Virus record (IMG/VR): IMGVR_UViG_3300032240_000659
Span: 1 to 64,000 of that record
Reading direction: 5' to 3' (one strand)
DNA: 64,000 bases
Source: a virus
In this document: positions 17,891 to 26,746 of the stretch, piece after piece
How positions within the stretch are numbered: the stretch's first letter is position 1
How the letters are laid out: each line of letters starts with the position of its first letter
Made by a program: the position numbers and the translations under genes
The notes under the pieces: generated by a model
Told to the model about the DNA's origin: nothing
Database searches by the model: none
What the model saw: only the letters and a program-made list of their open reading frames with translations

Positions 17891-20800
17891 TTATCCTTGT
17901 GCCTCTGTCCACGAAATACGAGCTTTAACCGTTGCAGTGTTTACACTTAAATTAGTTGCAAATACTACAAGCAAATCAGGGCCGTCTGGGTAACCATTAT
18001 TACCGCCTAAAATACTGTTACCTAAATCACGAATAATACTAATATCTTGGTTTGTAATGGCTGCACGACCGTTACCGTCATCAGCATAGAACGAGTACAT
18101 ATTATCGCCGGCTGTTGGTGCAGGGGTCGTACCTTTTACACTATGATCTAAGTATTGACTAATACTACCGTTACCTACTGAGACCCAATTTGATGTTGTT
18201 GTAAACAGTGTGCTTTCACTATTAATTTTAATACTAATGCTTAGTGCGTAACTGGTTACAATACCAACGCTTTTTAATGTAATAGCAGACCTATTGATCA
18301 AATTTCTAATTCCAAATTCTCGGCCAATACCATTATCCACCGTAGGGGCTAATCTAATGCTAATTAATGGAACTGTTGAGCCAGAGCCGATTGTTATGTT
18401 ATTTGTCATTTGGGATGTAAACAAATATGATTTATCTTCATCAAACCTACCATCCATAATAGCCGAAACGCCCCAATGGCTTAATGCAGGGGCACAGTTT
18501 TGATTAAAACTTTGAACTGAATCTCCTACGCTTGCACTAGCATTAGATGATAACCCGTATTCGTTGCGTAGATCAATAGTAAAGTTTGTATTGGCGCCAC
18601 TGATTGTTCCTTTTGTGTAGCGAATTACTTCACTGTTGATAATAGCTCTACCTTTTTTTACAAATTGATCTGCATCAGTAGTGAGCATAGTAAAACTAGT
18701 ACCACTAGTTGACAGCGAGCTAGTTAACACACCTAACTTAGATTTAGTATTAATTTCAAATCTTCCTGGTAAGTTACCAGAGCGCATATATGCTTCTGTA
18801 TTAATGTTATTTTGCGGGGCTTGATGAATATAGATAATGCTACCGTCAAGACTTCTCATACCCCATCGAATACGTCCTGCACCATACCACGAGTAATCAA
18901 GAAATACCATCTGCATTTTAGTTCTATCAAACACAAATCCGCTTGGACCAGTGCCATCAATTTTATCTAAGTTAAAGTTACTTTGTATTACTCGAGTGTC
19001 AACTGTTTTTTGGATTTTTAAGCCGGTTTCTGTGTTTCCTCTGTAATCTGGCTGAACGGCCAACGAGGTATTTGAAAATATATTGGTAACTAGATAACTA
19101 CATCCTTTGATAACAACATAGTTTCCGGCAGCAAGCTGGGTTGCCCATTTAGTATTTGTACCTGTAACTGTTGCTGAGTTATTTGTTACAGCCGCTGTTC
19201 CGCTTAAAATTAATGTAGACGATCTTTTTACTACTGCTAGATCAGTGCCATCGTGCTCAAAGAAAATTCCGTTTTGATCGTCATACAACCCATCACGTAC
19301 TACCGCATCAGTCCATGATACCAGTGTAATTTTTTGCTGGCCGCCTGGAAACAAATCAGTAATACTTGGTGAAACTTTAATAGTAAATGTTTTATCATTA
19401 GTAATACTCTGTACATAATATAAACCGTTATAGTTGAGACCAGTCGATACAGTAAATCCACTTAATAAAATATATGCGCCAACTCGGTATGTATCCGGCT
19501 GAGCAAAACCATTGACCTGATCAGTTGTGATGTTAAGATCAAAATATGGATAACTTGAAGCATTATATACATTGGTCAATACAACATAAGTTGCAACATC
19601 ATACGTTGGAGCAAATAATATACCAGTACTAAATTGAATACCTTTACCAGATTGATAACGGAAGTACTTACGTGTTTGTCGAATAATTTGGCAGTTTGGT
19701 GTTGACGAACCTGGATTAATTTGTACACCACCGCTTTGAAATCTATGAAATCCAATACCTGTTGGACGGACATAAATCTTTGTAGTACCTGTACTAACAG
19801 TGGTGGCACTACCATAATTAGATAAAGCATTTCCGGTATATGTAACAACTGTACTACTTAGAATATTTTTGACTGAAAAAGATCCAATGTATACTTGTGC
19901 AGACTGGCTCGCATCAACCACGTAAATATATTGTCCAGGAAATAGGCCATGATATGTACTAAACGTAATTTGTAAATCTGTAGTGCCTACTACAGTAGTA
20001 ATGCTAGTTAACGGAATCTCGGCACTGGTAAAAAAGCCACCAGTATAAATTGTAGTATAATTTGAAACATAATTTGTTCCAGATACTAATGATACGCTCA
20101 TAGTAGCTACAAACGACAATGAACTTGGGACTGATTTAATTAAATAAGAACCATCTAAATATAAGCTGGCAGTTTCTTTAAGAATAATAGGTTGTCCAAT
20201 GTAAAATGCCGTACTTGGAGTTGTGTTAACTGTTACTGTTACGTCTCGACTTGCGCCAGCTGATGTAATAATTTGATATGCTGAGTTACTGACTGGAAAA
20301 CTACTGTTCTGTGCAACAAATGTTGAGTTCACTCCGTCACCAACTGCCGGTGCATTAACACCATATGTACTACCAGCCGTTGGTATATGTACTTTAATAG
20401 TATTTGAGCCGCTTGTAAACCATACTTCGTAAATATAAGTTACACCAGTTGCACAGCAGTTGTTACCTTCAGCTCGAATAATAAAAGTGCTGCCAACTGT
20501 TCCAGTGTAATATTGGTACATAGTTCTATCACCTGGCATAATCATCAAAGAAGGGAACGGTGGATTTGCACCAGTAAGTCCTGAATATGCGTTTGAACCT
20601 CCGCCAAATGTTATATAACCATTAGATCCTAAATAGACAGTAGAATAATTAACACCTAAAAACGGTACAGTAAACGGTAATGAGATAGGATAGTTAGCAT
20701 CGTCAGCATAACTAGCACCGTAATTTAAAATAAGTGTCAGACCGGTAGTACCGTTGGCTGCGTAGGTAATAGTTGATATAGCAGCCGAAGCACCTCCAGG

Positions 20801-21772
20801 AACCGGCAAAATACTAGTGATCTGGCTGGCGGTAAATGATGGTTCATTTGCCTTACTATAAACTGATGGAATATTATTAACTAGTGACACGGTTTCCCAT
20901 TTAGTACCTTGTAGGCTATATTCAAAGTCAGTATCGATCATAGCTTGAGGCTCTGATACACGTTGTTTTTCTACAGGATCTTGATAGGTAGGATGAGGTT
21001 TAACAAACTCAGTGTCTTTATTAACAAATATCTGTAACTTGTCTTGAGAAGACATTCCAGTTGTATCTGTATACAGTGCATATCGAGTTTGTTGTGTAGG
21101 AAATTGGTAAATGGAATAACCAGCTTTTGTACTGTCAGCAAAATTATATACAATAGTGCTTTTAGTAACGTTTGTGATTAACAACAAATCTTTATAATTA
21201 ATATTTCCGTCAATATAGACATATCCGTATGATCCACTAGCAGTTGTAATTGACGGAGATGTACCTGTATTAATATATGAAGTAAGATTACCGGCCAAGC
21301 CGGTAATTACTGTGCTGGCGCCAGCCTCAGCGGCTGATCCTGATGCATTTTGTGTAACTATTGTTTGATATGCAGGACTAGCGGCAGTACCTGTAAAAAT
21401 ATAATTGTTAATTAAGTCTCTAATATAGTTATGTGTTGAAATTTCAGGACTTCTGTCACCGTCAATTTGGGGGATTCCGTTAGACCAATAAAAACTACCC
21501 ATTTGCACGGTTTCAACATTACCGCCAAATCGTAAATCATTAATGTAAGCATCAATAACATAACCAACATCTCGCTCACATTTAAAACTGTTATAGGTAA
21601 AATTAATAAAAGGAGAAACGTTGTTAGCAACCTGATAAGCAATGTAGGCAGTTGCCATTACTTGTATATATCGTTTGTTATTAGATAGTCGTGTAACAGC
21701 ATTAGGATATGCGTTGTATGTTTGATTATACCCTGGTGTAAATGAGTAATTGTATATCTGTTGTTTTGCCAT
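17891..21772 (-). CDS. Large virion structural/fibre protein (1293 aa), paralog of 36527..39436, with a NIDO-like insert
   Basis: Shares LLITNVT..YNF, DP..K.RVS.PQA.IDTDFEY, FRYQSGK.IQFSTG, DY.WYGAG, EAYMRSGNL, YPDGPD and SWTEAQ with its paralog. Confidence 0.7.
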   Translation of the reverse strand: MAKQQIYNYSFTPGYNQTYNAYPNAVTRLSNNKRYIQVMATAYIAYQVANNVSPFINFTYNSFKCERDVGYVIDAYINDLRFGGNVETVQMGSFYWSNGIPQIDGDRSPEISTHNYIRDLINNYIFTGTAASPAYQTIVTQNASGSAAEAGASTVITGLAGNLTSYINTGTSPSITTASGSYGYVYIDGNINYKDLLLITNVTKSTIVYNFADSTKAGYSIYQFPTQQTRYALYTDTTGMSSQDKLQIFVNKDTEFVKPHPTYQDPVEKQRVSEPQAMIDTDFEYSLQGTKWETVSLVNNIPSVYSKANEPSFTASQITSILPVPGGASAAISTITYAANGTTGLTLILNYGASYADDANYPISLPFTVPFLGVNYSTVYLGSNGYITFGGGSNAYSGLTGANPPFPSLMIMPGDRTMYQYYTGTVGSTFIIRAEGNNCCATGVTYIYEVWFTSGSNTIKVHIPTAGSTYGVNAPAVGDGVNSTFVAQNSSFPVSNSAYQIITSAGASRDVTVTVNTTPSTAFYIGQPIILKETASLYLDGSYLIKSVPSSLSFVATMSVSLVSGTNYVSNYTTIYTGGFFTSAEIPLTSITTVVGTTDLQITFSTYHGLFPGQYIYVVDASQSAQVYIGSFSVKNILSSTVVTYTGNALSNYGSATTVSTGTTKIYVRPTGIGFHRFQSGGVQINPGSSTPNCQIIRQTRKYFRYQSGKGIQFSTGILFAPTYDVATYVVLTNVYNASSYPYFDLNITTDQVNGFAQPDTYRVGAYILLSGFTVSTGLNYNGLYYVQSITNDKTFTIKVSPSITDLFPGGQQKITLVSWTDAVVRDGLYDDQNGIFFEHDGTDLAVVKRSSTLILSGTAAVTNNSATVTGTNTKWATQLAAGNYVVIKGCSYLVTNIFSNTSLAVQPDYRGNTETGLKIQKTVDTRVIQSNFNLDKIDGTGPSGFVFDRTKMQMVFLDYSWYGAGRIRWGMRSLDGSIIYIHQAPQNNINTEAYMRSGNLPGRFEINTKSKLGVLTSSLSTSGTSFTMLTTDADQFVKKGRAIINSEVIRYTKGTISGANTNFTIDLRNEYGLSSNASASVGDSVQSFNQNCAPALSHWGVSAIMDGRFDEDKSYLFTSQMTNNITIGSGSTVPLISIRLAPTVDNGIGREFGIRNLINRSAITLKSVGIVTSYALSISIKINSESTLFTTTSNWVSVGNGSISQYLDHSVKGTTPAPTAGDNMYSFYADDGNGRAAITNQDISIIRDLGNSILGGNNGYPDGPDLLVVFATNLSVNTATVKARISWTEAQG

Positions 21773-21799
21773 TTTTATTATTAACCTATTGTACCATAT

Positions 21800-22231
21800 T
21801 TAGCTGAGTGCCACTGCGTATGCAATGGATAAGGCGTTACTAACTAGTGCTGATCCGCTTGCAGTTATTGTTCCAGATACTGCCATATTTCCCGTTACTT
21901 GTAACTTAGTAACACCGTCATCAATGCCAGTTCCTATTAAAATATTACCGCTATACTGTGCTAGTTTTACTAGTCCAGCGCTAGTTACTTCAATACTTGG
22001 AATTCCAGACACATCATTAGCTGAAAAAATTGTACCTGACAAGCTATTAGTTAACGATAACAATTGTCCATTACTAGACTCAAAACTTAGTGTTCCGCTA
22101 TTAGCAGGATATGCCAGCACTGATATGTTTTGTGCAGCCGTTGACCCATCGGCGCCGCTGAACACAATTTTAGGATCAGCAGACTGCCCGTTGTTTGGTG
22201 TTATTACTATATTTTTGTCGGTTAGTGCCAT
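21800..22231 (-). CDS. Short tail-fibre-associated structural protein (143 aa)
   Basis: Thr/Ser/Gly-rich; LFS.ND.SGIPSIEV...G.V.LA.Y.GN..IG pattern typical of fibre modules; TAAATA 6 nt upstream. Confidence 0.55.
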   Translation of the reverse strand: MALTDKNIVITPNNGQSADPKIVFSGADGSTAAQNISVLAYPANSGTLSFESSNGQLLSLTNSLSGTIFSANDVSGIPSIEVTSAGLVKLAQYSGNILIGTGIDDGVTKLQVTGNMAVSGTITASGSALVSNALSIAYAVALS

Positions 22232-22247
22232 ATTGTATATTTACCTT

Positions 22248-22727
22248 TTATACTATTGCCGTTTGTACTGGAAACATAATTGCGGTAACACTATCGTTAA
22301 CCTGGCTTAGTCCGTGTAAAATTTCGTTTGCTACTAAGAAACAATCCCCATTTTTTAATTTATAAAAATTTGCGGTTGAATTAGTTTCATCAAAGATGAT
22401 TATTTCTTCATTGATTCCTGTGTTTAAAATTAAAATTCCTATATAATTACATTTTTCTTGCCACATACTACTAGTATGATTGTGTATTTCATTAGAACTA
22501 TGTTTAAGATATTGTGCTATCCATATACTTTCGGGTAATAATGCATTGGTATTCTCTAATCCAAATTCATGCTGGATTTTAGTTGATAATTCTACTGAAT
22601 TATTAACAAACTCTAAACATTCTTCTGGTTTAAGATTTCGACTGATTGTTGATAACCCGTCTGATAGTTTTGCATATTTTAAATAAGCATCTATATTTTC
22701 TAAGTTAAAATTACAAATTTTTTTCAT
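22248..22727 (-). CDS. Hypothetical protein, possible 2OG-Fe(II) oxygenase-like
   Basis: W...Y......HNH......GIL.LN.....GDCFLV.NEILHGL.QV resembles a double-stranded beta-helix with HxH...H ligands; visibly AT-rich DNA. Confidence 0.4.
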   Translation of the reverse strand: MKKICNFNLENIDAYLKYAKLSDGLSTISRNLKPEECLEFVNNSVELSTKIQHEFGLENTNALLPESIWIAQYLKHSSNEIHNHTSSMWQEKCNYIGILILNTGINEEIIIFDETNSTANFYKLKNGDCFLVANEILHGLSQVNDSVTAIMFPVQTAIV

Positions 22728-22731
22728 AATA

Positions 22732-24900
22732 TTAATATTGAATAGTTACAGATCCATTAGTACCAGCAACACCTCCTGCACTACCTCCTGCGCTGCCGCC
22801 GCCTTGTGAACTAAGAACAAGAGGTGTTGTTGCACCACCGCGTGGATTGGTTTGATCTTTTAGAAAATTCCAGCCACCTTGCCCAGAAGCGTTTGCATTA
22901 GTTATGTTATTTTGGCCGCCTTGGCCGCCAATATATCCGCCACCGCCGCCACCGCCGGGGTTTGTGCGTTGAATTGTGCCGCCTGTACCACCTCCGCCGC
23001 CGCCACCGCCGCCACCGAAGCCGCCTCTGGAACCAACACCAGTTCCGTCGTTAATACCATTACCAGCGGTCCCGTTACCGCCTAGACCAAAGCTAGTGCC
23101 ATATCCACCACCGCCGCCGGCGCCGCCTGCATCTAAACTTGCAGAACCGGTCCATGTTGTTCCACCATTGCCTCCACCAGAGATATCGCCAGAGGCACCA
23201 TTTAAAATTGAGTTAGAAAAAATTGTAGATGAATTACCTGTTCCTCCCGGACCTCCACTAGCGGGTGTGGAACTATAGACTACAGTGTGACCTCCTGATG
23301 TTGTTGCCACACCGGTGCCAACTGCTGGAATGTTTACGGAGCTTCCACCTCCACCACCTGCAGATACAATGTGAGTACTTCCACTTATTAGTCCGCTAAA
23401 ACCACCGCCACCACCGCCATACCTAGTAGTAACAGTTCCACCTTTGGCTGCGCCGCCGCCGCCTACGATAACACTATAAACAGTGCCCGGTGCAGTTGCC
23501 ACCCACCCAACAATTTGGCCTCCTAAGCCGCCGGTTAGGGGGGTTGTGTCGCCGCCTCCGCCAGATCCGCCACCTCCGTTTGCAGTTACCCTTATCCAAT
23601 ATATGCCGGCAGGTACGGTAAATGATTGTGCTGCGCCAGTAAACGAAAAAGGAACCGAGGTTGTTATTGTTTGAGGATCTGCAGGAATAGTTATTACTGT
23701 TAGATTAAAACTGTTGCTACTTGATTGCCCGGATTGATCTTGAACTGTTATTGTAACACTTGTGCTACTTAGTCCCGCTGTTGGAGCTAATGTTAATAGC
23801 CCGGTGGTCGTATTAAGGTTTGCGCCGCAAGATATAGGCAACGCAGATATACTATACGTGTACGTTCCAAACCCTCCGCTAGGTATAACTGGAAAATATT
23901 GATTATATGTATTTTGACTAAGTGTAATATTAGAGGCAATATTTAATACCGTAGTCAACGGTAAAGCCGCTACTGTTAAATTAAGTGTTTTGCTACTTGT
24001 TTGTCCTATAGCATCTGTAGCAGTTATGGTGTAAGTTGTTACACTGGACAATGCCGATGGTGTGCCAGTAATAACTCCAGTAGAAACGTTCATTGAAGTA
24101 TTGGTCGGCAATGTTGGAGAAATAGAATATGTTACGTTTCTATATCCGCCGGTATAAGATATAGGCGTTACAGTTGAAAATTGATTAGCATATATAGTAG
24201 TGCTAGATACTAATTGTGTAGTTGTCAACGAAGAAAAACTAACAGTTTCAAATGTTCTAGTATAAAATGCTCTATAATTTTGCACAATTTCAACATCTGT
24301 TAAAGCTCTGTTGTAAATTCTAACTGCTCGAATGTTGCCGACAAAAGAACCAAGGCTTGGACTGTTTCCTATTCTAAGCGGATAAGCAGTTCCATTGCTA
24401 ATATTACCAGTTCCGGCAGTAGTTTGAACGCCGTTAACCCAAATAGTACTATTTCCGCTAGAAACCGTACACACAACGTGATACCAGTTATTTACCGGGT
24501 AAGTTGCGGCATCTTGTATTGTTCCGCCCGGAGTTTCAAATCTAAATGTCCCACTACTAAAATAATGCAATGCAACTTGCCAATTAGAACTGTCAGCGGC
24601 TATGGACATAATTGATTTATACCCACCGTTAGAAGTGGGGTAAACCCACGTTTCTAAAGTAAAATTAGAATTATATAAATTAGTACTTAAAATTCCGTAG
24701 TTAATTAACGAAGATCCATCAAATGCTACAGCACCGGTGGTTGTATTAAACGTAAGGGCTCCGGTAATATTTCCAGTGTTATTTCGACCGTCGTTTGTAT
24801 TCCATGTCTTTTGTCCTAGATCAAAAGAATTATATTTAAAAGAATCAATATTAAAAATTAATCCAGAGATTACTAAATTAGGCCCTGTTATCCCGCTCAT
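22732..24900 (-). CDS. Adhesin-like protein: LamG/ConA domain, Ig-like repeats and polyglycine C-terminal domain
   Basis: FTLETWVYP...WYHVVCT....IWVNG...IYNRALTDVEI (LamG); YSISPTLP...TGVITGTP (Ig-like); many GGGG motifs at the C-terminus. Confidence 0.75.
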   Translation of the reverse strand: MSGITGPNLVISGLIFNIDSFKYNSFDLGQKTWNTNDGRNNTGNITGALTFNTTTGAVAFDGSSLINYGILSTNLYNSNFTLETWVYPTSNGGYKSIMSIAADSSNWQVALHYFSSGTFRFETPGGTIQDAATYPVNNWYHVVCTVSSGNSTIWVNGVQTTAGTGNISNGTAYPLRIGNSPSLGSFVGNIRAVRIYNRALTDVEIVQNYRAFYTRTFETVSFSSLTTTQLVSSTTIYANQFSTVTPISYTGGYRNVTYSISPTLPTNTSMNVSTGVITGTPSALSSVTTYTITATDAIGQTSSKTLNLTVAALPLTTVLNIASNITLSQNTYNQYFPVIPSGGFGTYTYSISALPISCGANLNTTTGLLTLAPTAGLSSTSVTITVQDQSGQSSSNSFNLTVITIPADPQTITTSVPFSFTGAAQSFTVPAGIYWIRVTANGGGGSGGGGDTTPLTGGLGGQIVGWVATAPGTVYSVIVGGGGAAKGGTVTTRYGGGGGGFSGLISGSTHIVSAGGGGGSSVNIPAVGTGVATTSGGHTVVYSSTPASGGPGGTGNSSTIFSNSILNGASGDISGGGNGGTTWTGSASLDAGGAGGGGGYGTSFGLGGNGTAGNGINDGTGVGSRGGFGGGGGGGGGGTGGTIQRTNPGGGGGGGYIGGQGGQNNITNANASGQGGWNFLKDQTNPRGGATTPLVLSSQGGGSAGGSAGGVAGTNGSVTIQY

Positions 24901-26096
24901 AGACCGTATCTTCCTTTGTATGTATTATATATTTGTAATATTTCTACGGTACTTAATGCACTGGTGAATACACTAATATTAGATATTGACCCGTTGATAT
25001 AAGAACCGTCTCTAGGGTTATAGCCTATGTACACAAGAGAACCGTCACCAAAATTATAATTTGAAGGCAGTGTTATTGATAAAGACTGTACATTGTCTTT
25101 ATATAAAATTAACGAAGTACCATTTCTAACCACTACTAAATGATGCCATGCTAGATCATTAACATCAACTCCTGATAAGTTATCTACAATACCATTATTA
25201 TAATAGGTAAAATTATAGTTAGTCGATGAATGAGATATTTTAAATGCCCAGGCGCCGTTAATTGGGCTTCCGGTAAATCCTTGACTTAGTAGTGCAGAAT
25301 ATGCTGTTTGACTTGTTGAGTTAGCTTTCCACCAGATGCTAATAGTCCAGTTAGTTGTACCTAATTTAGCAACTGGCACATTATATCCGTTAACTAAGGC
25401 AGCACCACCAGTGACATTGCCGTTAAATGAAAGAAGGCCGCTAGTTACATTTGGTGTTACTTGGTAATATAAAATAGCATTGGTGGTAGAATCATTACTA
25501 ATTAAATTTTTCCAAGTTGTTCCATTTAAATTAGCTTGAGGATTAAAAGTAGTTACAGCATTGGCACGTTCAACTTGTAGGCCATCAAACCAAATACTTG
25601 CACCGTTGGTTGTGTTACCTAATCTAGCTTGAACCCAGGCGGTTGACGCACCGCTAAACGTTGCAGTAAAACTAAAACGTTGCCAAAAAGTAGTAACTGT
25701 AACTCCGCTACTAGGCGCTTCTAAATAGTTGCCCGAAGCATTTGCACTAAACAAATAAGGTAATGCTTGTGCTGTTGTACTTGCTTTGGCCCAATAACTC
25801 ATAGTCCATGTTTGGCCGTTGGCTGCTGGAGCTAGGTTCCATGTTAAAGTATTAAACGTTGCAATATATGCATCGGTACCTGTTGATGTTAGTTTCAAAG
25901 GTATACCACCGGCAGGGCTACGATCTATAGTTGTGTCTCTACTGATTGATCCAGTATTAACACTGGCTGTTCCGCACCATGCATATAGATCAAGAGGATT
26001 TGGAATTACATTAGGACTATAACTTTTAGGATTAGCCGCGTCATAGCACATCACTAGTGTTGACGTTGGGATCAAAGGATTATATGCAACTGTCAT
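24897..26096 (-). CDS. Carbohydrate-binding module plus LamG/ConA lectin domain protein
   Basis: T.S.WAKA...WQRFSFT...IWFDGLQVE (CBM/galactose-binding-like), then WTISIWWK...WHHLVVVRNG...LYKDN...FTSALS (LamG). Confidence 0.72.
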   Translation of the reverse strand: MTVAYNPLIPTSTLVMCYDAANPKSYSPNVIPNPLDLYAWCGTASVNTGSISRDTTIDRSPAGGIPLKLTSTGTDAYIATFNTLTWNLAPAANGQTWTMSYWAKASTTAQALPYLFSANASGNYLEAPSSGVTVTTFWQRFSFTATFSGASTAWVQARLGNTTNGASIWFDGLQVERANAVTTFNPQANLNGTTWKNLISNDSTTNAILYYQVTPNVTSGLLSFNGNVTGGAALVNGYNVPVAKLGTTNWTISIWWKANSTSQTAYSALLSQGFTGSPINGAWAFKISHSSTNYNFTYYNNGIVDNLSGVDVNDLAWHHLVVVRNGTSLILYKDNVQSLSITLPSNYNFGDGSLVYIGYNPRDGSYINGSISNISVFTSALSTVEILQIYNTYKGRYGL

Positions 26097-26746
26097 AATC
26101 CATATCTCCCTTTTGTTGCAATATAATTTTGTAATATTTCTGCTTGGGTCAGTGCTCGATTATAAATTTGCACTATTGATATTCTTCCGTTAAATGTTTC
26201 ACTGCTTGGGGATACACAGCCAATATATAAATTTCCAGTACCGGGGGCTGAAGGAGCGAATGCAAATGCATTTGATGCTAATAAAGTATTGTTAACATAT
26301 GCTTTAAGTCCGGTACTATCTCCTGTGACAGCGTTATAAGTCCATGTATTTAGGCTAACACTTGAATTAGGAGTAGATATTGTGTTGCCTGACACATAAA
26401 ACCATAAATTGTTGTATTGTTCATGTCGAATTCTATAACCAGAATTATAATTTTTTGAAACAATATTACCTAGTCCGCTAGTATCGACAGGATACGTCCA
26501 GGCTATTATTGTAATTCCATTCGTCAGTGCTAGTACACTAGGATTTCCAAAGTCAATATAACTTGAAATGCCGTTAAATGTCATGTATCCATTAGAGTAT
26601 GACACATTATTCATAGTGCCAACTGCTTGTTTACCGCTTATGTCGTATGCTGTTGTGCCAGACCCGATATAACTTTTAGGGTTGGCTGCATCAAAGTAGA
26701 ACACTAACCCATAAGTTACTGATTGAGCACCGTAGTTGACAGCCAT
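26093..26746 (-). CDS. LamG/ConA lectin domain protein
   Basis: GLVFYFDAANPKSY; ITIIAWTYP; WTY.AVT; YVN; IYNRALTQAEI.QNY.ATKGRYGL. Confidence 0.78.
   Translation of the reverse strand: MAVNYGAQSVTYGLVFYFDAANPKSYIGSGTTAYDISGKQAVGTMNNVSYSNGYMTFNGISSYIDFGNPSVLALTNGITIIAWTYPVDTSGLGNIVSKNYNSGYRIRHEQYNNLWFYVSGNTISTPNSSVSLNTWTYNAVTGDSTGLKAYVNNTLLASNAFAFAPSAPGTGNLYIGCVSPSSETFNGRISIVQIYNRALTQAEILQNYIATKGRYGL

Noticed and set aside
22879-23674. Pro-rich plus-strand ORFs such as 22976..23278
   Set aside because: Antisense shadows of the polyglycine region (GGN read as NCC); no SD or promoter.
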